A stretch of DNA of 64,000 nt, taken from an uncultured delta proteobacterium. GTDB lineage: Bacteria > Desulfobacterota > Binatia > Bin18. The notes under the pieces were generated by a model. That model saw nothing but the letters and a program-made list of their open reading frames with translations. It ran no database searches and had not been told where the DNA came from. The stretch spans positions 1-64,000 of the forward strand of contig CAVTCR010000006.1 in NCBI GenBank assembly GCA_963733195.1, read 5' to 3'. The translations under genes were made by a program, and so were the position numbers. Shown here in pieces: positions 10,170 through 19,492 of this stretch. Positions within the stretch are counted from its first letter, which is position 1. The number at the start of each line of letters is the position of its first letter.

Positions 10170-10475
10170 ATGATTGTCATTGCCGGAACGATTCCGATCA
10201 AACCTGAAGCCTGGGAAGAGGCCAAGAAATTGGCCGGACGACTGGAAGAGGCAACGCGCAAAGAACCTGGATGTCTGATGTACACTTTCCACGTTGACCG
10301 AAACAAACCCTCGACGTTTTTTATTTTTGAAGAGTGGGAATCTGATGCGGCCTTAGCGAAACATTTTCAAACTGAGCACATGAAAGAGTTCATGCAACTC
10401 GCCCCGAAAGTATTAGCTGGTGCAGTGAGTGCAAAGAAATATGAGGTGACGTCGGCTGCGCCACTGTCGGTGTAG
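10170..10475 (+). CDS. Antibiotic biosynthesis monooxygenase (ABM) family protein
   Basis: TRKEPGCLMY, FEEWESDAALAKHFQTEH. Confidence 0.9.
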   Translation: MIVIAGTIPIKPEAWEEAKKLAGRLEEATRKEPGCLMYTFHVDRNKPSTFFIFEEWESDAALAKHFQTEHMKEFMQLAPKVLAGAVSAKKYEVTSAAPLSV

Positions 10476-10485
10476 TGAGACGCTT

Positions 10486-11094
10486 ATGAGCACGCAATCC
10501 CCTGGACACGAGCTGGATTCTATCGTGCTGCATTTTGGCTCGTGGCTGCAACAAATGGATAACCAAGCCTTCTTTGCCTTCTGCCAGCGGAACCGCGACT
10601 GGCGGATCGAGCGGACCAGCGAAGGAGACCTCATCATCATGCCACCGACTGGGGGAACGACTGGGCAAGTGAACTTCAATCTGACTGGACTCTTTTCCGC
10701 GTGGGTTAGAACCGATGGGACCGGGATTGGCTTTGACTCTTCAACAGGATTCACGCTGCCCAACGGGGCAGAGCGTTCTCCAGACCTCGCGTGGGTGCGA
10801 CGTTCGCGGTGGGAAGCCTTGACGGAAGACGAACGCACAGAGTTTCCTCCTCTGTGTCCAGATTTTGTTGTCGAAATTCGTTCGCCATCAGATCGGCTCT
10901 CGACACTGCAATCCAAGATGCGTGAATATATCGACAACGGAGCCCAGCTTGGTTGGTTGCTCGATCCGTTAGAGAAGAAAGTATACGGCTACAGACCCAA
11001 TGCACCAGTGGAAATTCTCGATCAGCCTGTGACGTTGAGTGGTGGTCCAGTGCTGCCTGGATTTGTGCTGCACTTGAATGAGGTATGGGGGTAA
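10486..11094 (+). CDS. Uma2 family endonuclease
   Basis: RSPDLAWV, CPDFVVEIRSPSD, KMREYIDNGAQLGWLLDP. Confidence 0.93.
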   Translation: MSTQSPGHELDSIVLHFGSWLQQMDNQAFFAFCQRNRDWRIERTSEGDLIIMPPTGGTTGQVNFNLTGLFSAWVRTDGTGIGFDSSTGFTLPNGAERSPDLAWVRRSRWEALTEDERTEFPPLCPDFVVEIRSPSDRLSTLQSKMREYIDNGAQLGWLLDPLEKKVYGYRPNAPVEILDQPVTLSGGPVLPGFVLHLNEVWG

Positions 11095-11149
11095 TACTGG
11101 TGACGAAATCCCCTCTGTCTCCCCTTTGTTAAAGGGGAGAACCCAAACT

Positions 11150-11589
11150 TTGGACGGTCCACCTTTCCGCCACAGCCGAATCCCGAGCGGAACCTTCCAC
11201 TTCCCATCTGTCCACAACAACAAGACGACTTGCATTCCCCACACCGGTTTGCCCACACTACTCGACCACACCCACCTCACGGCTTCGGCCACGCGGGTAA
11301 AGCGCTTCCAGCTGGTGTCAGCAATCACCAGCTAGCCACCCGTCGGCCCAAGACTTTGCACGAAGATTTCCCCTAGCCGTCGAGACCAGGGCATCTTACT
11401 ATAGAGGACGCGGCGCAAAGGATCGTGTGACCCCTTAGTGCAGAGCAGCGCTAAACTCACACCCCTCGTTCGTGTGTGGCGCTACAGTAAACCCATGAGG
11501 CGCATTGCCGTTGCAGGAGTTACGACAGTGCTGATGTTGGGCATACCCCCAACATTCTATTGCGCTTTTTGACTCCTGCGTAATCCCAG
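11150..11589 (-). mobile_element. Degraded, truncated IS701-like DDE transposase remnant
   Basis: Minus frame MPNISTVV...GG*LVIADTSWKRF...VWSSSVGKPVWGMQVVLLLWTDG...PLGIRLW...SK with internal stops; truncated near 11150. Confidence 0.6.
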
Positions 11590-12354
11590 CGGACTATAGA
11601 GGTTCCTGACGCTGGTTGCATCGAGGAAATTGCCATAAAACTCCTGGCAGATACGTGCACTCTGAGCAAATGTTAGCAGAAACCCCTGCTCTCCTGGCCG
11701 TTCCGCTTTCCATTGTGCGAAATGTTCTTCATGACAGAAGAACTGTACTCGCTTTCAATAGCGGTCGATAAAGTGGGGAACGGCACGATCTTCACTCGTC
11801 GCTACCGGGTCCCATTCGCACAGCGCCTCTGCCGTTGCACTTTGACTCACCGCCCCATCCGTCGTGACCGTCATAGCAAACTCAATCGTCTGCCGACAAA
11901 AGCCACACACCGAGGTGATCGTTGCTTCCGTCCCGATCCCATGCACGATGGGAATGGCAATCGCCCCGCCCGGTCACATCCCGTAGAGTGGAGGCTTTCC
12001 TGGAATGTGCACGCGATCAGGGCCGAGAAGTGCCGAGAACGGATACAAGACCACTACCTGCCGACTGTTCGCGTCATATTTGAGAAAGTCGATGCTGTTG
12101 AGCCGTTCAATACATGCTGTGACTTTCTCCATTGAGAAAGAGATGTCGCTGACTAGTTCGTCGATTGTTGGACCGCGTCCGCATCGGAAGAACATTGCAA
12201 GGATTTGGTGACAGAGGCATCGTTCTTCGTCGCTGAGGCGTTGGAGAACGCGTTGTCTGGCCTCTAGCAACGGCTGCACGTACGCGGCAAACCCAGGAGG
12301 ATAGTCTTCGGGGCGAAGTGGCATTTGTGGCATGACGAGAGTATACGGTTTCAT
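11557..12354 (-). CDS. MerB (alkylmercury lyase)-like protein with two in-frame UGA codons, probable di-selenoprotein
   Basis: One continuous frame of 265 codons: ...VLYPFS...PLYGM-U(11976-11974)-PGGAIAIP...TITSVCGFC...FIDRY-U(11757-11755)-KRVQFFCHEEHFAQW...ICQEFYG. Matches MerB LYAWC96ALD, SSHC117 and SFC159CHVHFF (alignment by eye). Confidence 0.8.
11724..11743 (-). promoter_or_regulatory. Putative SECIS hairpin after the second UGA of the merB-like gene
   Basis: mRNA GUUCUUC-UGUCAU-GAAGAAC: 7-bp stem starting 12 nt after UGA, GU in the loop, lower GCGA/UCGC pairing. Confidence 0.65.
11937..11953 (-). promoter_or_regulatory. Putative SECIS hairpin after the first UGA of the merB-like gene
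   Basis: mRNA UCCCAU-CGUGC-AUGGGA; loop 27-31 nt after UGA with G at position 2. Confidence 0.5.
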
Positions 12355-12452
12355 GACAGCGGAGCACAAGAGATGGGTGAGATGACAGAAACAACTGACT
12401 GTCCGAAAGAATGACAGAGGACAGGATGTCAGAGTCATAGTGGAGATTTGCC

Positions 12453-15400
12453 ATGACCTTTGATGAAGTGCTGGACCAGAGTCCGAGAGCTGCTGCAGCA
12501 ACGCGGGCCGGGTGACTTATCGGGCGCTTGAAACGCCGCTTCGACCTGGATGACGACTATCTGGAAGACCTCAAAGGCGAACTCATCCGCGCTGAGCGGC
12601 TGTAGCGGCGGATGAAGACGGCGAGGTGCTGGTCTGGACGGGCGGAGCAACGAAGGGCGAAACGGCGAAAGGGGGAAGCGGCGAAACGAGAAGTTGTCAG
12701 TGCTCAGTTCTCAGTAGTCAGTCCCCAGCCCCTAGCCCCTAGCCCCCAGCCCCGAGCAGGCGAGCGGCGCCAACTGACAGTGATGTTCATTGACTTGGTA
12801 GGATCGACGACCCTCTCCCAACAGCTCGACCCCGAAGACTATCATGCCCGCGTGGTGGCCTATCAGGCTGCCTGTCGGCAGATCATCGCGCGCTACGAAG
12901 GGCATATTGCTCAATATCTGGGCGATGGCGTGTTGGTGTACTTTGGCTATCCGGCTGCGCATGAAGAAGATGCGGTGCGCGCCGTGCGCAGCGGATTGGA
13001 GATCGTTACGGCAGTAAGCCAGTTGGCGTATACGCCACCGTTACAGGTGCGCATTGGCATTCACACTGGGCCGGTGGTGGTGGGCGAGATTGGTGCGGGG
13101 GAGCGCACTGAACGGCTGGCTTTAGGGGAGACGCCGAATATTGCCGCGCGCGTGCAAGGCCACGCTGCACCGAATGAGGTTCTGATCAGCACCACGACCT
13201 TTCGCCTGATTCACGGGCTGTTTGAAACCGAAGAGCGGGGGCCGCAGGAACTCAAGGGCATCTCGACTCCCATGACGCTCTACCGAGTCGTGGGAGAAAG
13301 CGCAGCACAGAGTCGCTTTGAGGCGGCGGTGCAAACGGGCTTGACGCCGCTGGTGGGCCGCGCCGAAGAACTTGTCTTGTTGCAGCGGCGCTGGGACCAG
13401 GCCAAAGCGGCGAGGGGCAAGTGGTGCTGCTCAGCGGTGAGCCAGGGATTGGCAAGTCCCGGCTAGTGCAGGAGCTGAAAGAGCACGTTATTCCCGAAGG
13501 AGCCACACGCATAGAGTTTCGCTGCTCGCCCTATCACCAGAACAGTGCGCTGTATCCGATCATCGACCACCTGCAGCGCCTGCTGCAGTTTGCGCGCGAG
13601 GATACACCTGCCGTCAAGCTGGAGAAACTCCAACACACGCTGCAGTCACTATCGCTTCCCGCAAGCAGATACGCTCCCGCTGCTGGCCGCATTGTTGTCC
13701 TTGCCCCATCCCGAAGGCTACCCGCCATTACAGTCAGTCCGCAGAAGCAGAAGGAGAAGACGCAGGCGGCCTTAGTAGCATGGCTGGTCGAGGAAGCGGA
13801 GCAGAACCCGGTCTACAACACCTGGGAAGATCTGCACTGGGCTGATCCCTCCACGTTGGAGGTGCTCACGCTCCTCCTTGACCAAGTGCCCACGACACGG
13901 CTGTTGGCGCTGCTGACCTTTCGCCCCGAGTTCACCCCACCCTGGGGTAATCGCTCGCACCTCAGCCAGCTGACGCTGAGCCGCTTAGGCCGACGCAGGT
14001 CGAGACATGGTCGAGCAAGTGACGGGCGGCAAGGCCTGCCGCGGAAGTCGTGCAACAGATCGTGGCCAAGACCGACGGCGTGCCGTTGTTTGTCGAAGAA
14101 TTGACCAAGACCGTGGTCGTTGAGTCAGAATCCATGTAGGGGCGTATCTGGCAGATACGCCCCTACTGGGCATTCCTTCTACGTTACAGGATGCGCTGAT
14201 GGCGCGCTTGGATCGCTTGGCGCCAGTCAAAGAGATTGCGCAGCTGGGAGCGACCATGGGGCGGGAGTTTCGTATGAGTTGCTCCACGCGGTCTCTCCCT
14301 TAGACGAGGGCAGCTTACAGCAGGGACTGCGGCAGTTAGTCGAGGTCGAGCTGCTCTATCAGCGTGGGTTGCCGCCGCAGGCGACGTATCTCTTCAAGCA
14401 CGCGCTGATTCAGGACACCGCCTATCAATCATTACTCAAGAGCAAACGCCAGCAATATCACCAGCAGATAGCCCAGGTGTTGGAGGAGCAGTTTCCAGAC
14501 ACAACAGAGACGCAGCCCGAGCTGGTGGCGCATCACTACACCGAGGCGGGTCTCATAGCGCAAGCGATTCCCTACTGGCAGCGGGCAGGACAAGGAGCTA
14601 TCCAGCGCTCCGCTAATGTAGAAGCCGTGAACCACCTCACACGAGGGCTGGAGTTGCTCGAGACCCTTCCTGATGTGCCGCAGCGCACCCAGCTGGAGTT
14701 CGGCTTACAGACCGCCCTCGGCCCGGCTCTGATGGCCACCAAGGGCTTTGCAGCCCCAGAAGTCGTAAACGTGTACACCCGGGCACGTGACACTGTGTCA
14801 GCAGGTGGGGGAATCGCCTCAGCTCTTCTCCGCGCTGCTTGGACTGGTGAACTATTACAACGTGCGGGGAGAGTTCCAGACGGGACATGAACTGGGGGAA
14901 CAGCTCCTCGGTATGGCGCAGCGACTCCAAGACTCCGCCCTGCTGTTGGAAGCTCATCACGTAGTAGGGGGCGGCGCGGTGTACTATTTCGGAGACTTAG
15001 TCACTGCCCGGGCGCATTTGCAGCAAGCACTTGCCCTCTACAACCCCCACCAGCACCGGTCCCATGCCTTTCTCTATGGGCATGATCCCCGGGTGTGTTG
15101 CCTCTGCTTTGAGGCCCATGCGCTGTGGCGTCTAGGGTACCCAGACCAAGCACTGAAGAGCATGCAAGACGCACTCACGTTCGCCCAAGAGCTAGGGCAT
15201 CCGTTTAGCCTGGGTCAGGCCCTGACCTATGCGGCCGGGCTCCACCAACATCGGCGGGAGGTGCAAGCGACTCACAGATGGGCAGCAGAGCTGATTGAGC
15301 TCTCGCGGGAACAAGGATTTCTCATCTGGTTCCCATTGGGAACAGCCGCGCAGGGATGGGTACTTGCGGAGCAAGGAGACGTCGAGGAGGGAATTGCAAA

Positions 15401-15878
15401 GCTCCGTCAGGGCATTGATGCGTACAAAGCCACGCAGGCAGAGCTGGGGCAGCCCGACCGCCTGCGCCAGCTGGCGGCGGCGTATGGGAAAGCGGGGCAG
15501 ACCAAAGAAGGGCTCAGAGTGCTAACCGAAGCGTGGGAGGTCGTTTCCAGAACCGGAGAGCGTCTTGGAGAGGCGGAGCTGTATCGGCTGAAAGGCGAGC
15601 TGACGCTCGCAACAGTTCAAGCGTTCAGACGGTCTCAAGCAGTCTCAGAAGTCGAAGACGAGGCTGAAGAGTGTTTTCTGAAGGCCATCGAGATTGCCCG
15701 TCGCCACAGGCGAAGTCGCTGGAGCTTCGGGCAACGGTGAGCCTCGCTCGCCTGTGGCAGCAGCAAGGCAAAAGCGCCGAAGCTCACGCAGATGTTAGCC
15801 GAGATCTACGGTTGGTTCACCGAAGGATTTGACACGAAAGACTTGCAAGAGGCGAAAGCACTACTGGAAGAATTGTAA
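12453..15878 (+). CDS. Class III nucleotide cyclase + AAA/STAND ATPase + TPR protein, copy 1 (multiple frameshifts as assembled)
   Basis: MTFDEVL start; [31 protein letters not shown]; Walker A GEPGIGKS; [11 protein letters not shown]; TPR-like tail ending [21 protein letters not shown]. Confidence 0.85.
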
Positions 15879-15921
15879 CGGAAGGTGAGGATGAGGCAAG
15901 AAAGAATAACTCTTCTATAGT

Positions 15922-16075
15922 GAACCTAAATGAGATGTTCCGTACAGTTTTCCCGCGCCCTTCGACTTCGCTGCGCGTAGCCTGTCCTGAGCCTGTCGAA
16001 GGGCTCAGGACGAGCGGTTTCCGGCCCCGTTCGTGCTGAGCGTAACCCGAAGGGTGAAGTCGAAGTATGAACGGC
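15922..16075. repeat. Nested palindromic repeat of the CCTTCGAC...GCTCAGG family
   Basis: CCCTTCGAC...GTCGAAGGGCTCAGGACGAGCGG...GTCGAAG; shares GAACCTAAATGAGATGT with 43873-43889. Confidence 0.6.
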
Positions 16076-16221
16076 GGTCACTACAAATGATTTGGCAAAC
16101 CTATACACTGGACAGCTTGACGTGAGCGCTCCATCTGGAGTAAGGCCAAAGCGTACATAGCAGGAAGGGGACCTGCATCTGCTTCCCACTTTCTTCTCTA
16201 CGCTCAAAAGGAGGGCGCTGC

Positions 16222-17187
16222 ATGAATCTGACAGCACAGCAACAACTGGCCATGCTTCGGAGTATGCAAACCATCCGTCGCTTTGAGGAACGGGCCTCTG
16301 ACGATTTCCAGGCCGGTCAGATCTACGGCGTTGTCCACTGTTACATTGGGCAGGAAGCGGTAGCCGTAGGCGTGTGCTCAGCCCTGAATCGTGATGACCA
16401 GATCATCAGCACGCATCGGGGACATGGCCACTGTATTGCCAAAGGTGCCGACCTCAAGCGCATGATGGCTGAACTCTACGGTCGCTATACTGGCTATTGC
16501 AAAGGGAAGGGGGGCTCGATGCACATTGCTGACTTCGGCATCGGCATGTTGGGTGCCAACGGGATTGTGGCCGGTGGTATCCCCATTGTCACAGGCGCTG
16601 GTTTAGCCGCGCAGCTTGATGGGACTGGTCGCGTTGCGGTCTCGTTTTTCGGTGATGGGGCGTCAAGCGCTGGTCCCTTTCATGAATCGCTGAACATTGC
16701 CGCGTTGTGGAAACTGCCAGTGATCTACGTCTGCGAGAACAACTCCTATGGAGTTAATACGCCAGCCGCTGACGCAGTCTCTGTCAAAGATGTCGCTGAG
16801 CGGAGCGCGGCGTATGGTGTCCCTGGTGTTGTGGTTGATGGTAATGATGTGCTCGCTGTCCGCGAAGTTGCCGAGGCGGCAGTGCGTCGTGCACGGGCTG
16901 GAGAAGGACCCACCTTGCTGGAGTGTAAAACCTACCGTTGGCGGAACCATACAGAGATCAAAGGTATCCCTGATGGCCGACCACCAGACGAGATCGCAGC
17001 GTGGAAGGAGAGAGACCCGATCGCTCGCTTCGTGACCCAACTGCAGGAACAACGAGTGCTCACGGATGAGGAGTGGAAGAAGATGGATGAGGCGATCATA
17101 CGAGAGATCGATGAAGCCGTGACCTTTGCCAAAGAAAGTCCCTTCCCGCCACTCGAAGCGGCACTCGAAGATGTGTTTGCCAGTTGA
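16222..17187 (+). CDS. TPP-dependent dehydrogenase E1 alpha subunit (acetoin/pyruvate dehydrogenase type)
   Basis: GQEAVAVG, STHRGHGH, GKGGSMH, FFGDGA...CENN. Confidence 0.92.
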   Translation: MNLTAQQQLAMLRSMQTIRRFEERASDDFQAGQIYGVVHCYIGQEAVAVGVCSALNRDDQIISTHRGHGHCIAKGADLKRMMAELYGRYTGYCKGKGGSMHIADFGIGMLGANGIVAGGIPIVTGAGLAAQLDGTGRVAVSFFGDGASSAGPFHESLNIAALWKLPVIYVCENNSYGVNTPAADAVSVKDVAERSAAYGVPGVVVDGNDVLAVREVAEAAVRRARAGEGPTLLECKTYRWRNHTEIKGIPDGRPPDEIAAWKERDPIARFVTQLQEQRVLTDEEWKKMDEAIIREIDEAVTFAKESPFPPLEAALEDVFAS

Positions 17188-17203
17188 CAAAAAGGAGTTT
17201 TCT

Positions 17204-18159
17204 ATGCGCCAAATCTCCTACGCCACAGCCGCAACTGAAGCAATGCTGGAAGAAATGCGACGCGACCCAAAAACGATCTATCTTGCCACCGACGCACCGG
17301 GGTCGTCTGGTCAAGGAATTTGGGGCGACACGCGTGCGGGGAACGCCGATTACCGAGGCCGCGTTTACAGGGATGGCGATTGGTGCCGCCGGTTCCGGGT
17401 ATCGCCCCATCGTCAATTGGAGCATGGTCACGTTTTCCTTCGTGGCCATGGATCAGATCGTGAATCAAGCGTCAAAGATTCACTATATGTTTGGTGGGCA
17501 GGCGAAGTTTCCCATCGTGTTTCGTGCCTCGGTAGGCGGTGGCCGCCAGCTCGCGGCGCAACACTCACAAAGCCCGTATTCCATGTTCATGAACTTGGCG
17601 GGCCTCAAGATGATCCTACCTTCCACGCCGTACGACATGAAAGGGCTGTTGAAGTCGGCGATTCGCGATGACAACCCGGTGATCTCATTTGAATCCACGC
17701 GCTTAATGGGGCTGCGTGGCGAGATTCCCGAGGAAGACTATGTGGTCCCGCTGGGTAAGGCGGACATCAAGCGCGAGGGGCGCGACGTAACGGTGGTAGC
17801 GCTCGCCTGGATGGTGCATGAAGCCCTAGCGGCAGCAGAAAACTTACAGAAAGAGGGAATATCACTTGAAGTAATTGATCCTCGTACCCTCGTGCCTATG
17901 GACGTGGAAACCATTCGTGCCTCGGTACGGAAAACTGGGCAGGCTGGTGGTAGCGGATGAAGCGGGTCCGACTGCCAGTGCTGCTGCCGAGATCTGTGCA
18001 TTGGTGACAGAAGATCCGCCAACGTTCCGCGCGCTCAAAGCGCCAGTCAAGCGGGTCTGCGCACTTCAGGTGCCGATTCCCTACAGTCCGCAATTGGAGA
18101 GCTATGTATTTCCCGACCGTGAGAAGATCACCGCCGGTGTGCGTAGCGTCATGCAGTAG
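17204..18159 (+). CDS. TPP-dependent dehydrogenase E1 beta subunit (two frameshifts as assembled)
   Basis: MRQISYATA / TPITEAAFTG, AAQHSQS, EVIDPRTLVP / LVVADEA...PIPYSP spread over three frames. Confidence 0.85.
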
Positions 18160-18196
18160 CAATGACAACGAGCGGTCTGAAATCGGAGAACGAGAC

Positions 18197-19420
18197 ATGG
18201 CAGCGAATCAACAAGAGCACGTCTTAAGTGGCTACAAGGTATTGGATTTCACGCAACACATCGCCGGACCGACGGCCACGCGGCTGTTGGTCGAAATGGG
18301 TGCAGAGGTCATTAAGATCGAGCTGGCACCTGATGGTGAGCCGTCGCGCCGTGCACCGTATATGAAAGGACGTAGCGGCACCTTTATTCAACAGAACCGC
18401 GGCAAAAAAAGCCTCTGCGTCGACGTGAGAAAACCCGAAGGAATCAATGTGCTCAAGAGTCTGCTACCCAAGATGGATGTGCTGATCGAGAATTTTGCCC
18501 CCGGCGCGATTTCACGCATGGGACTGGGCTACGAAACAGTGAAAGCCGTCAATCCTAAGCTCGTGATGTGTTCTATCTCCGCGTTCGGACAACAGGGACC
18601 GCTCAAGTCGAAGCCTGGTTATGATTTCATTGGTGCTGCCTACGCTGGATTTCTCGATATGAACGGTGATCCCAATGGATCGCCATGCTTTCCTGGTATG
18701 GCGATTGGCGATGCGTCGACTGGCGTGCATGCAGTCGCAGCTATTGCCTGTGCTTTGCTCTACCGTGAACGAACCGGAAAAGGCCAATACCTCGATGTGA
18801 GTTTGGTGGATACGTACTTCCATTATCATGAAACCAGCGTGCAAGCGCACAGCCTAAGTGGGGGTGCCTACCAGCCCCGGCGGGTTGGTTCGCACTATCC
18901 GCTGTATGCCCCAGTTGGAATGTTCAAGGGCAAATCACATTACCTGGTCATCATGGCGCCGACAGATCATCAATTTGTTGCTGTCTGCCAGGCGATGAGT
19001 AAGCCCGAGCTCGTACACGATCCACGGTTTACCACTAATGCCCAGCGATCTGAGAATCGCGCCGCGCTGATCGCTATTATCGAGGAGTGGATCGCCTCTA
19101 CGGCCAGTGACGAGGAGGCAATGCGTTTGCTAGAGGAGCAACGGGTGCCAGTCGCGCCAGTGCTCTCGGTGGTCGAGGCGATGAATCATCCGCATCTCAA
19201 GGAGCGAGGCACCATCCGGACTGTCACCGATCGTGTCGCCGGAGAATTGCAGATCCCCGGTTTTCCTCTCCGGTTTTCTGAGTTTCCGCAGACGTTAGAT
19301 CTTGAGGCCTCGTTTCTTGGTGAACACAACCAGGAGATTCTGCAACAATATCTCGGGTACTCTGAGGAGCAAGTCAGGGAGCTGGAGTCCCAGGGCGTAC
19401 TGCAGCACGAGGATTTCTAG
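18197..19420 (+). CDS. CaiB/BaiF family CoA-transferase
   Basis: LSGYKVLDFTQHIAGP, QQNRGKKS, ENFAPG; paralog of 98..1324. Confidence 0.92.
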   Translation: MAANQQEHVLSGYKVLDFTQHIAGPTATRLLVEMGAEVIKIELAPDGEPSRRAPYMKGRSGTFIQQNRGKKSLCVDVRKPEGINVLKSLLPKMDVLIENFAPGAISRMGLGYETVKAVNPKLVMCSISAFGQQGPLKSKPGYDFIGAAYAGFLDMNGDPNGSPCFPGMAIGDASTGVHAVAAIACALLYRERTGKGQYLDVSLVDTYFHYHETSVQAHSLSGGAYQPRRVGSHYPLYAPVGMFKGKSHYLVIMAPTDHQFVAVCQAMSKPELVHDPRFTTNAQRSENRAALIAIIEEWIASTASDEEAMRLLEEQRVPVAPVLSVVEAMNHPHLKERGTIRTVTDRVAGELQIPGFPLRFSEFPQTLDLEASFLGEHNQEILQQYLGYSEEQVRELESQGVLQHEDF

Positions 19421-19492
19421 CGTCTCTTCTCTTTGTGTCCGGTTGTCAGGAGGGGAATAGGGCTACTCGACAACGTAGCCCTGTCTGAAGTC

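Noticed and set aside
11713-12135. Plus-strand 140-aa ORF and other antisense or shadow ORFs in the track
   Set aside because: They overlap better-supported genes on the opposite strand and have no recognisable motifs.
11557-12354. Part of a mer mercury-resistance operon
   Set aside because: No merR, merA, merT or merP nearby, and the catalytic Asp is absent, so the symbol merB was not assigned.
15926-16237. ORFs 15926..16237 (-) and 43850..44125 (+)
   Set aside because: Translations of palindromic repeats (PFDRLR/SFDKLR), not credible genes.
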